Notes: generated by a model from the letters alone, not told the origin. A stretch of 63,042 bases of DNA from an uncultured Candidatus Saccharibacteria bacterium (GCA_964644965.1 CAZXYN010000006.1:1-63042), one strand, 5' to 3'; shown: positions 30,321-38,118, counted from the first letter of the stretch. Numbers and translations are program-made.

Positions 30321-30944
30321 TTAACTACGCTCAAGTACTATAAGCTGTAAGCTCTCGCTGTAGTCAGCTGGTTTTGGCTTGTATTTTGCTAGCGTTTCTT
30401 TTGCTTCTAGGTTAAATACCTTGGTTGCCTCATTGAGTGGCTGCTGTGGCACTGGGTACGAGGTTTTTGAGTCTTCGTAGTGTGTAGGAATAACTATCTT
30501 AGGCTCAATTTTCTTAATAACAGAGTTAGCGCCTATAGCATCAAGTGTGTAGCCGTTGCCACCAACAGGCACAAACAGGATATCTACCGCTCCAAGTTCT
30601 TCTAGATACTCTTCGCTGATGTCTGGATGAATATGTCCAGCGATAGCAACCCTGGTATCACCAAACTGAATCTTGAATATTGTAGCTGTTTCCTGCCCCT
30701 TTTCATCGGTATGTGCGCGAGCGGCAACTCCAAAGATAGAAATCTCAGAAGCTTCGTACTCACCTGGGTCGGTAAAAACCAGCTTAGCCTTGGGCTCAGA
30801 CTTTGGAACAGTAGTGAATAACGCTATATCATCAGGCTTAGTGATTGATTTAAGGCCTAATTCATTAAGATTATCGTCTACGACAATCCTACTATTTTTT
30901 GTTGCGATACTAATGCAGTTTCCACCATGATATTGAAATTCCAT
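30321..30944 (-). CDS. MBL-fold (metallo-beta-lactamase-like) hydrolase family protein, degenerate metal motif
   Basis: 207 aa with a UPF0173-like pattern (YHGGNC in place of HxHxDH; ...AGHIHPD...VPVGGNGYTLD...PTHYE). Confidence 0.55.
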   Translation of the reverse strand: MEFQYHGGNCISIATKNSRIVVDDNLNELGLKSITKPDDIALFTTVPKSEPKAKLVFTDPGEYEASEISIFGVAARAHTDEKGQETATIFKIQFGDTRVAIAGHIHPDISEEYLEELGAVDILFVPVGGNGYTLDAIGANSVIKKIEPKIVIPTHYEDSKTSYPVPQQPLNEATKVFNLEAKETLAKYKPKPADYSESLQLIVLERS

Positions 30945-30965
30945 TACACACCTCCTTTCGGAGCT

Positions 30966-31066
30966 GTAATTTTCATTTCATAATTTTCAATTTTCAATGA
31001 TGGCAGCCCTGCACCTGCTCGCGAGTGCTGGACGTTGTTTGATAGATTGGTAATTGGTAATTGCAT
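30966..31066. repeat. CAATTNN heptad-array intergenic element, copy A
   Basis: The left arm is TTCAATTTTCAATTTTCAATGA, followed by a GC-rich core GGCAGCCCTGCACCTGCTCGCGAGTGCTGGACG. The right arm is TGTTTGATAGATTGGTAATTGGTAATTG. It fills the gap between the wHTH gene stop and the MBL gene start. Confidence 0.75.
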
Positions 31067-31068
31067 GT

Positions 31069-31692
31069 CTACTCCTCTTCTGTTATCTGTTTTTTGTCTA
31101 TCAGCACCTGCTTTTTAGAAGATAAAACAGTTATTATAAACCGATCTTTAACTTGTTTTCGGTACTCAAAATCACGTGAGCTGAGCAGGACATACCTGAT
31201 TTCCTTTTTCTCTTTGTCCTCAAGCTCTTTCATAAACTTCTGAAGCTTGGTTTGGTTTACATCACCGACAATCAGAATATCAATACCGCTTGCTTCGTCT
31301 CTTGTGAACTGTCCTGTGTAGATTGCCAGGTCAATATTGCCAAGTGCAGCCAGGTTAACCACTTCTGGGTCTATCTTTTTGACTGGTGTCACCACAGTAA
31401 CAACTTCTTCGCCGTCTACTTGTGTCGTAGCTTCACTTGCACCACCAAATATTGTGGCGAGTGGTTTATAGAACTCGTATTCTTGATTCACCTCATAATA
31501 TAAGCGATTGTTGGTTGTATCTGAAGATATTATGCCAATACTGAGTAGATTAGACAGTTCGCGTCGCACAGAGTTAATCTGCTCGTCAATTTTGCGCGTA
31601 ATTTCGCGCACGTAAAAAGAGCGGTTCGGATTGCTATAAAACAACCTGAGTAGTTTAACCCTGGTTTTGCTCCCAAAAAGTTGTTCGACCAT
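31069..31692 (-). CDS. Winged-helix (ArsR/MarR-like) DNA-binding protein with uncharacterised C-terminal domain
   Basis: N-terminal FGSKTRVKLLRLFYSNPNRSFYVREITRKIDEQINSVRRELSNLLSIGII fits a wHTH. The remaining ~130 aa have no motif I recognise. Confidence 0.55.
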   Translation of the reverse strand: MVEQLFGSKTRVKLLRLFYSNPNRSFYVREITRKIDEQINSVRRELSNLLSIGIISSDTTNNRLYYEVNQEYEFYKPLATIFGGASEATTQVDGEEVVTVVTPVKKIDPEVVNLAALGNIDLAIYTGQFTRDEASGIDILIVGDVNQTKLQKFMKELEDKEKKEIRYVLLSSRDFEYRKQVKDRFIITVLSSKKQVLIDKKQITEEE

Positions 31693-31742
31693 AACACTAG
31701 CTTACCACGAAGTTGTACGGTATAGGGGTAAAATAGTAAAAA

Positions 31743-32615
31743 TTACAGACTTTTTTGAAGAAAACTTTGTACAAGCTCGTCAGCTTCAATAACATTTTTT
31801 ACCCACACGATATGTGGGTTGCGTTTAAACCAAGTCCGCTGCTTTTTTGCATAGCGAAGCGTGTTTTTCACAATCTCTTCACGCATATCACTAGCTCCGT
31901 CTTGCCACTCTCGGTAGCCGACCGCCTGAAGCCCTGGGCTATTCCACCCGTACTGTTTAGCTAGGCTGGCTACTTCTGCCTGTAGACCAGAGGCAATCAT
32001 AGCGTCAACCCGTTGGGTTATTGAACGAGTTAACTCTTCTTTTGAGCGGTCAATGCCAATTACAAGGGTATTATCTCGTATGCCTTTTTTGATAGCCACC
32101 TTGCCGTTTGTCTCTAGTGTACGAATCAGATGCCGCGGGTTTTTACTGTTTTCAGGCAGCGGAATACCTTGGTCATTGAGTTTTTGATGCAGCTGATCCA
32201 CACTCAATGCCTGTAATTGCTCTCGCTCCTCTTGTGAACCAGGCGGCAAGAACGCAAAATCAAACAACACTGAATCAACATACAACCCGGTCCCACCAAC
32301 AATTATTGGTACTCTACCTCTAATAGAAATGTCGTCAATCCAAATCTGTGCCCGGCGTTTGAACTCGGCAGCCGAAAAGGCTTGGTCAGGCTTTATGATA
32401 TCAAGCAATCTGTGCGGAATCTCTGCCCGGTCATCACTGGTAGGCTTAGCAGTTCCGATATCCATACCCTCATATATTGTCCTGGAATCGGCAGCAATAA
32501 TCTCACCACCAACCTTGCGGGCAATCTCCATAGCCATAGAGCTCTTGCCGCTTGCGGTTGGACCCACGATTACTACAAGTGGTTGAATATTCAATTTACG
32601 GCTTTCAATTTTCAT
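31743..32615 (-). CDS. miaA: tRNA dimethylallyltransferase
   Basis: 290 aa. The P-loop is VIVGPTASGKSSMA, followed by ADSRTIYEGMDIGTAKP and RQRTWFKR. Confidence 0.9.
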   Translation of the reverse strand: MKIESRKLNIQPLVVIVGPTASGKSSMAMEIARKVGGEIIAADSRTIYEGMDIGTAKPTSDDRAEIPHRLLDIIKPDQAFSAAEFKRRAQIWIDDISIRGRVPIIVGGTGLYVDSVLFDFAFLPPGSQEEREQLQALSVDQLHQKLNDQGIPLPENSKNPRHLIRTLETNGKVAIKKGIRDNTLVIGIDRSKEELTRSITQRVDAMIASGLQAEVASLAKQYGWNSPGLQAVGYREWQDGASDMREEIVKNTLRYAKKQRTWFKRNPHIVWVKNVIEADELVQSFLQKSL

Positions 32616-32642
32616 CCAATTACCAATTTACAATTTTCAAAC
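32585..32642. repeat. CAATTNN heptad-array element, copy C (overlaps the miaA start)
   Basis: The sequence is GAATATTCAATTTACGGCTTTCAATTTTCATCCAATTACCAATTTACAATTTTCAAAC. It shares AATATTCAATTTAC with copy B. The miaA start codon and first ~10 codons lie inside it. Confidence 0.6.
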
Positions 32643-32962
32643 TAAGGTTGCCACAGTAACTTACTGACATCTACGCGGTAGTTACCTTCCGAGCCAAGAA
32701 CTTCTACACCTTCTGCCTCTAGGTGTTGCCTGTGCGCAACCCGGCCACCGGGGTAGCCGCTAGCTAGTCCACCTTGTTTATTAACAACCCGCTGCCACGG
32801 TAATTCGGGGTCACCAAAATGAGCAATCCCACCGACAATTCGGGCAGCCCCGGCATTGCCAGCAAGCGCTGCAAGCTGACCATACGTCATAACCCTACCC
32901 TTTGGAATAGTTTTTACAAGCATCTCGACCCGCTGAGTGAAGTTGGTGTCAGTCTCCTGCAT
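32642..32962 (-). CDS. Alkyltransferase-like (ATL) protein, MGMT DNA-binding domain lacking the acceptor Cys
   Basis: 106 aa. VPKGRVMTYGQLA...HFGDPELPWQRVVN has Trp in the position of the PCHR cysteine, as in ATL proteins. Confidence 0.7.
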   Translation of the reverse strand: MQETDTNFTQRVEMLVKTIPKGRVMTYGQLAALAGNAGAARIVGGIAHFGDPELPWQRVVNKQGGLASGYPGGRVAHRQHLEAEGVEVLGSEGNYRVDVSKLLWQP

Positions 32963-32965
32963 AGT

Positions 32966-34798
32966 CTACAGGCTAGATTTGCCTACTCGCGAGCGTGCTT
33001 CGTTAGATACGGACTTCAAAAAGTTCTCGATCGGCATAGCAGTTGGTGGTTGGACTTCGATATTCTTTCTAATCCGTGGGGTAACCTGACCAGAAGATAT
33101 CTCTTTTTCGCCAATGACAATTGTGTACGGTACTTTCCAGACTTCGGCTTCGCGGATTTTTTTGCCAACAGATTCGCTTGAATTGTCGAACTTAACACGC
33201 AGACCAAGTTTTTCGGCATCTTCAACAACTTGCTGAGCAAACTGCACGGTTGGATCTTCTTGATTTACACTGATAATTCGTATCTGTTCTGGTGCAAGCC
33301 AGACTGGGAACTTACCAGCCGTATGTTCAATGTAAATACTAAGAAATCTCTCTATTGAGCCGAGTAGTGCGCAGTGGATCATAACTGGGCGCTTTTTGGA
33401 GCCATCGTCAGTCGTGTACTCTAGATCAAATCGGTCTGGCTGAGAGTAATCAAGCTGCACTGTCGCCAGCTGAGTTTTGCGCCCCAGGGCATCGGTAGCC
33501 ATGAAATCCATTTTTGGACCATAAATAGCCGCTTCGCCTATCCCTACCTCATATTCGAGGCCAAATTGTTTGGCTAGCTTTTCTAGGGAACTTTCAGCTT
33601 TTTTCCATAACTCAGGATCTCCTAGATATGAATCACTATCATCACGGAACGAAAGCCGTAGCGATAGCACCAAATCCAACTGCGAGTACATAGCACGAGC
33701 ATCCTCAATTAGCTCAGAGAACACTTGTTCCACCTGTTCGTCGCTACAAAACACATGGCTGTCATCCTGAGTAATAGCCCTAACTCTTGATAGCCCACCC
33801 AGCTCACCACTCTTTTCGTCCCTATATACAGTGGTGGTTTCTAGATATTTGACCGGCAAATCGCGGTAACTACGAGGCCTAGAGGCATAAATCTGGGTAT
33901 GATGCGGGCAATTTACTGGCTTTAGCGCCAGCTCGTCACCCGACTCTGTAGATGTAAACTTAAGTAGTTCTGGAAACTTCTCATAGTGGCCAGAAGTTTT
34001 GTAGGTATCAATCTTGGCAATGTGCGGGATCCAAACTCGCTCGTAGCCCCGATTCTTCCTAAAAGACTGAGTAAAGGCGTCTAGCTCATCTCGCAGAATA
34101 GTCCCTCTTGGGGTGAATAGTGGTAGCCCAGAACCAATCAATGGAGAAGTAACAAACAGATCAAGTTCTTGTCCAAGCTTGCGGTGATCGCGCTTCTTAG
34201 CTTCCTCTATCATGTTCAGGTGCTGGCGAAGCTCCTTATCGGTTGCGAAGGCAACTCCGTAGATACGTTGCATCTGGGGATTGTCTTCTTTGCCGCGCCA
34301 GTATGCTCCAGCGACGCGCATTAGCTTGAAGGCACCGACTTTGCCTGTACTTTCTACATGAGGGCCCCGACAGAGGTCAGTAAAGTCACCATTGGTATAA
34401 AAAGATACTTCGTCGACTTGAGCATCGCCTTCGGCAATTGTACCCAGCTCATCAGAGCTTAAGTCCTTAGCAACAGTGGTACCAGCGCGCTTTAGGTCAT
34501 TCAGTAGCTCTTCCTTATACGGCTGACCAGATTCTTTTGACCAAGTTATTGCCTCGTCAATAGGTTTAGTAGATCGGGTAAATACCTGGTTCTCAGATAT
34601 AATCTTACGCATTTCTTCTTCTAACTTTGTAAAATCGTCTTCTGAGATAGTTGTATCGCCCAGATCAATATCGTAATAAAAGCCGTTTTCTACGACAGGT
34701 CCAACTCCAAATTTTGCTTGCGAACGCACGCGCTGAATAGCTGAAGCCATGATATGCGCCAAAGAGTGCCTCATCGCATGCAAATTATCTTCGTTCAT
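32966..34798 (-). CDS. thrS: Threonyl-tRNA synthetase (no N-terminal TGS domain)
   Basis: The class II core and anticodon-binding domain are readable. The editing-domain HxxxH is present (MRHSLAHIMA). I chose the start at MNEDNLH (ATG 34798) because GAGGAG lies 8 nt upstream; the track ORF extends to 34879. Confidence 0.9.
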   Translation of the reverse strand: MNEDNLHAMRHSLAHIMASAIQRVRSQAKFGVGPVVENGFYYDIDLGDTTISEDDFTKLEEEMRKIISENQVFTRSTKPIDEAITWSKESGQPYKEELLNDLKRAGTTVAKDLSSDELGTIAEGDAQVDEVSFYTNGDFTDLCRGPHVESTGKVGAFKLMRVAGAYWRGKEDNPQMQRIYGVAFATDKELRQHLNMIEEAKKRDHRKLGQELDLFVTSPLIGSGLPLFTPRGTILRDELDAFTQSFRKNRGYERVWIPHIAKIDTYKTSGHYEKFPELLKFTSTESGDELALKPVNCPHHTQIYASRPRSYRDLPVKYLETTTVYRDEKSGELGGLSRVRAITQDDSHVFCSDEQVEQVFSELIEDARAMYSQLDLVLSLRLSFRDDSDSYLGDPELWKKAESSLEKLAKQFGLEYEVGIGEAAIYGPKMDFMATDALGRKTQLATVQLDYSQPDRFDLEYTTDDGSKKRPVMIHCALLGSIERFLSIYIEHTAGKFPVWLAPEQIRIISVNQEDPTVQFAQQVVEDAEKLGLRVKFDNSSESVGKKIREAEVWKVPYTIVIGEKEISSGQVTPRIRKNIEVQPPTAMPIENFLKSVSNEARSRVGKSSL

Positions 34799-34870
34799 AG
34801 TTACTCCTCGTCTTAACATTGTACTACTTAGGATCGAAAGTTTAGAGGGATGTGTGCCAGGCAGAAGCCC

Positions 34871-35174
34871 CAAAAACAAAAAAGACGCGCCTACCCTGCA
34901 AGTACAGGGAGTAGATATTTGAATGCTCTCGCAAATACACTCAAATCTACTTATTAGCGCGTCTCGGGACCTTTACCCTTATACCATCTGACGATAAGGT
35001 GCAACATCGTAAAGATGTATGAGTGACCTAGATAGTAAAAAGATAAAGGACGGTTCCACCGGACTTCTCCGCCTCCTGGCGGACTTATGACCTGCACGTT
35101 ACGTACGTTTGGCCTGCCCACGGAGCTCGGTGGTTGGTGAAGCCACTTCTTCGCTCGGTATGCGTATTGTAGCA
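34871..35174 (-). promoter_or_regulatory. Putative T-box leader of thrS (extended -10 promoter, short Stem I with ACC in the apical loop, T-box core, terminator)
   Basis: On the minus strand:
- TGCTACAAT promoter (rc of 35166-35174).
- Hairpin GAGC..GTGG-CUUCACCAA-CCAC..GCUC.
- AAGUCCGGUGGAACCGUC, about 15 of 18 matches to the T-box consensus AANNNGGGUGGNACCGCG.
- Long hairpin GAGACGCGC...GCGCGUC followed by UUUUUUGUUUUU (rc of 34871-34976). Confidence 0.45.
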
Positions 35175-35455
35175 CAAAACACATCCAAGAACCTCACCTG
35201 ACAGCTACTATACTCGTACCAGCAGCATAATGCTAGTACTTATTTGTAGAAAATCAGTTATTTTTGGCTCCGCCCTGTGGATAGTGTGGAAAGATCAAAT
35301 TTCTCATCTGATACCAAGCTTGATATATTTCATACGAAGTTAGTGATCCGATGCAAAATCAAAATTGCGACGGTTTGTTCGCTTTTCCATATTACCCCTG
35401 TTGGGTTCGAATCTGGGCACCAAAAGAAAAACCGACCTTGTGGTCGGCGCTTCTT

Positions 35456-35469
35456 TTGGTGGGCGATAT
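35456..35469. repeat. Direct duplicate of the 3' end of tRNA-Val
   Basis: TTGGTGGGCGATAT at 35456-35469 repeats 35529-35542, which is the CCA end plus acceptor/T-stem of tRNA-Val on the minus strand. The copies are 73 bp apart. Confidence 0.8.
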
Positions 35470-35529
35470 CACTTTGTGGAATCGGCCTGCTTCACCAAGT
35501 AAAAAAGCTGCCGAAGCAGCTCCTTTACT

Positions 35530-35606
35530 TGGTGGGCGATATAGGATTCGAACCTATCACCTCCACAACGTCAATGTGGCGCTCTAGCCAAATGAGCTAA
35601 TCGCCC
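35530..35606 (-). tRNA. tRNA-Val (anticodon GAC), CCA encoded
   Basis: The reverse complement is GGGCGATTAGCTCATTTGGCTAGAGCGCCACATTGACGTTGTGGAGGTGATAGGTTCGAATCCTATATCGCCCACCA. It folds as a cloverleaf with anticodon loop TTGACGT. Confidence 0.9.
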
Positions 35607-35648
35607 TTCCTCTAACAGGTTAGATGATACCTTATTCACCCCTGATAA

Positions 35649-36770
35649 TCAAGTAGTACGATAGCCTTCGCATAGACGCATCATATGACGCAGGTTATGG
35701 ATACTGGCTAGGCTTCCACCCAAAGAATCGCCTGATTTAAACATTTGCCTCAGGAAAGCTTTGGAAAAGCCACTCTTACAGGTATAGCAGTCGCAGCCCT
35801 TTTCTATCACCGAAGGATCCTCTGTAAACCGTTCGTTTGTCAGATTGATGCGCTGGCTGTTCTCTGCCCATACTGCTCCATGTCTAGCATTGCGCGTAGG
35901 CAATACGCAATCTAGCATATCGATACCGTTTTCTACGGCGATTTTCAGATCTTCCGGCGTCCCCACGCCTAATAGAAACCGCGGTTTATCTGCCCTATAC
36001 AGTGGTGCGAGTGCCTCTAATATTGTGGTCATCTCCTCGCGTGTCTCGCCGACACTAAGACCACCAATCGCAATACCATCTGCTTCACTGTTCTGGATAA
36101 TATCTAGACTCTGTTTGCGCAGCTCTATATTAAGCCCACCTTGCACCACCCCGAATAACAGTGGTCGCTCGCCAGGCTTCATACCACCAGTAAGCCGTTG
36201 GAACTCTATAATGCATCGCTCTAGCCATCTATGAGTTCTGTCGAAAGCATCTTTCACATTATCATCTGTAACAGATTCATCAAGCCCTACAAGGTGGTCA
36301 AAGGCAACAATCATGTCAGCACCCAAGTCTAGTTGTATCTGTATGGACTTCTCGGGGGTGATAAAGTGCTTGTCACCGGTTCTTGGATCTGCGAATGTTA
36401 CACCCTCTTCGGTTACCTTAACGTGTTTACCTAACGAAAATACCTGGAAACCACCCGAATCCGTTAGCATTGGGCCCTTACGGTTAGCAAATGCATGAAT
36501 ACCGCCAAGCTTCTTTATGGTTTTCTCACCTGGGCTGAGATGCAAATGATAGGTGTTAGCAAGCACTATTTCTACCCCAGTATCAATAACCTGTTGTGGG
36601 CTTAGGCTCTTTACAGCACCCCTTGTACCGTCTGGCATAAAGGTAGGTAGACTCACCTTACCACGACGGGTATTAAGGGTTGCAGTCCGACTACCGTTGG
36701 CTTGTAGCTTCACCTCTGTTAGTAATGTGTTTTTTACATTCATAAACAGAGGTAAGTATACCATAACCAT
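35649..36770 (-). CDS. tgt: Queuine tRNA-ribosyltransferase
   Basis: Motifs PTFMPDGTRGAVK, TDSGGFQV and VQGG are present, with the Zn site CDCYTC...H. The true start may be the internal MNVKN (ATG 36743). Confidence 0.9.
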   Translation of the reverse strand: MVMVYLPLFMNVKNTLLTEVKLQANGSRTATLNTRRGKVSLPTFMPDGTRGAVKSLSPQQVIDTGVEIVLANTYHLHLSPGEKTIKKLGGIHAFANRKGPMLTDSGGFQVFSLGKHVKVTEEGVTFADPRTGDKHFITPEKSIQIQLDLGADMIVAFDHLVGLDESVTDDNVKDAFDRTHRWLERCIIEFQRLTGGMKPGERPLLFGVVQGGLNIELRKQSLDIIQNSEADGIAIGGLSVGETREEMTTILEALAPLYRADKPRFLLGVGTPEDLKIAVENGIDMLDCVLPTRNARHGAVWAENSQRINLTNERFTEDPSVIEKGCDCYTCKSGFSKAFLRQMFKSGDSLGGSLASIHNLRHMMRLCEGYRTT

Positions 36771-36822
36771 TGACTTTTTATAAGTTTTATGTTAACATAA
36801 GCGGGTTAATCGGGAGACTTGG

Positions 36823-36942
36823 GTGAGTAAATCTCAACCAGCAACGCTTGACGGCTTTAAGTTGTTCTATGAAGAACTTCGCAATATAGGGCCTGCCAAG
36901 CAGCGATTGCAACGACCTCGTGTCCGCGCAAACGCCAATTAA
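36823..36942 (+). CDS. Candidate small protein (39 aa, GTG start), unknown function
   Basis: Four signals line up. The promoter-like TTGACT-17-TAACAT lies at 36770-36798. GGGAGA sits 5 nt before GTG at 36823. The ORF is MSKSQPATLDGFKLFYEELRNIGPAKQRLQRPRVRANAN. A strong terminator follows at 36987-37022. It is too short for the ORF track. Confidence 0.3.
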   Translation: MSKSQPATLDGFKLFYEELRNIGPAKQRLQRPRVRANAN

Positions 36943-36986
36943 CGATCTAGATTCGAAAATGTGTCTAGTACAGAGGTGGAGAATGA

Positions 36987-37022
36987 ATTGCCCTTGGTTT
37001 TGCCAGGGGCAATTTTAGTTTT
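36987..37022 (+). terminator. Rho-independent terminator
   Basis: ATTGCCCTTGG-TTTTG-CCAGGGGCAAT followed by TTTAGTTTT. Confidence 0.65.
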
Positions 37023-37065
37023 CCCCGTTTTATTTTAGTTATCCACTTTATAATTTAACAGCGTT

Positions 37066-37083
37066 ATGACAATATATTGTCAT
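37066..37083. promoter_or_regulatory. NrdR-box-like perfect 18-bp palindrome overlapping the nrdR start codon
   Basis: ATGACAATATATTGTCAT has the core ACAATATATTGT, which resembles the published NrdR-box palindrome (acaCwAtATaTwgtgt). It lies about 12 nt downstream of a TATAAT at 37049-37054. Confidence 0.45.
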
Positions 37084-37507
37084 GGTCTGTATTTATTGTG
37101 GTCATGAAACAGAAGTCTACAACTCGCGCGAAAGAGCCCGCAACCCATCCGTGTGGCGGCGGCGGCGCTGCGGGGCGTGTGTCGCACAATTCAGCACCAA
37201 TGAGCTGCCTGATTATGAGACCAGCCTGGTTGTGACTGGGACTTCGGGTAAATTATACCCATTTAGTCGCGACAAACTGTTTTTAAGCCTGTATAGAGCA
37301 CTTGGACACCGAAATGACGCTCTAGACAGCGCTACGCAGCTGTCAGACACCGTAATTGGCAAACTACTACGTAATAACAAAGCCTCTGAAGGTATTGTCA
37401 CTATACAGAGACTAGCGCAAACAACTTATGAAATCCTAAAAAGATACGACCCGCTTGCTGCACATACATATAAGGCCTACCACCGCACGGCCTTAAAGAA
37501 ACTCTAG
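37082..37507 (+). CDS. nrdR: Transcriptional repressor NrdR (Zn ribbon + ATP-cone)
   Basis: 141 aa. The Zn ribbon is CIYCGHETEVYNSRE...RRRRCGACVAQFSTNE, followed by an ATP-cone-like region (LYPFSRDKLFLSL). Confidence 0.8.
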   Translation: MVCIYCGHETEVYNSRERARNPSVWRRRRCGACVAQFSTNELPDYETSLVVTGTSGKLYPFSRDKLFLSLYRALGHRNDALDSATQLSDTVIGKLLRNNKASEGIVTIQRLAQTTYEILKRYDPLAAHTYKAYHRTALKKL

Positions 37508-38118
37508 ATTAGCGTCGACCAGTAGTACCAAAATTCTACGAGTATCAGTAATACAATTGCCAGGTACCAAAACACTAGTATATTCGCGTGATTCTTTTGC
37601 AGAAAAGCCACGGTTTTATTCCAGTTTTTGGGCAGTTTTATGTTCTTTTCGCGCAGGTTATACAGAGTCGTGTATATAAAAATTGGTATCACTACCGCCC
37701 AGACCACCATGCACCACGGGCAAAGCGCCCCAATATTAAAGATACTCTGATACTGAAGCCAAGTAACGAAGCCTATGCCGAACACCGTGCCAGCTTGCAG
37801 ACCCAGCCAAAACCAGCGTTTGAACCTGGCACCCGCCAATATAGCCATACCTACAGTAGTAACTATGGCGAATCCAGCGATGCCTATGAACTGATTAGGA
37901 AAGCCAAAGGCCTCGGCCTGTGGCGTCACCATAACCGAACCACAACTCAAAATTGGGCTGATGTTACAGGTTGGCTGGTAGTCAGGATTCTTGAGTAATT
38001 CAACCTTTTCTATAGACAAATCTGCAGCAGCAAAAAATCCAATCAACCCAAGCACTACAAGTAATACACCGATGTTTTGAGGCAATGTCTGTTTCATGAA
38101 TGATTTGAGCTTGTTCAT
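37504..38118 (-). CDS. Vitamin K epoxide reductase (VKOR) family membrane protein
   Basis: 204 aa with 4-5 TM helices. The loop Cys pair is CNISPILSC and a CPWC redox motif lies in a TM helix. Confidence 0.7.
   Translation of the reverse strand: MNKLKSFMKQTLPQNIGVLLVVLGLIGFFAAADLSIEKVELLKNPDYQPTCNISPILSCGSVMVTPQAEAFGFPNQFIGIAGFAIVTTVGMAILAGARFKRWFWLGLQAGTVFGIGFVTWLQYQSIFNIGALCPWCMVVWAVVIPIFIYTTLYNLREKNIKLPKNWNKTVAFLQKNHANILVFWYLAIVLLILVEFWYYWSTLI

Noticed and set aside
30311-30323. A recurrent TTTACCCCTGTTA / TTACCCCTG motif, also at 43121, about 35393 and (inverted) about 47370 and 31722
   Set aside because: In 63 kb, tens of identical 13-mer pairs and a few 11-mer triples are expected by chance. 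The contexts and orientations are inconsistent, so the evidence is not enough to call a site.
32966-34879. The long (637-aa) version of thrS
   Set aside because: The first 27 codons lie in the terminator region of the leader and lack an RBS. ATG 34798 has GAGGAG upstream and begins at the conserved editing-domain sequence.
35390-35425. A possible plus-strand tRNA or tmRNA 3' end (GGGTTCGAATCTGGGCACCA)
   Set aside because: The T-stem halves (TTGGG and CTGGG) are not complementary. No acceptor partner or anticodon arm can be drawn, and there is too little room (about 250 nt) for a tmRNA. I kept it only as a possible remnant.
36771-36822. A preQ1 riboswitch upstream of tgt
   Set aside because: The short leader lacks the conserved stem/loop and the CCC...AAAAAACUA-type tail. 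It contains only an ATGTTAACAT palindrome.
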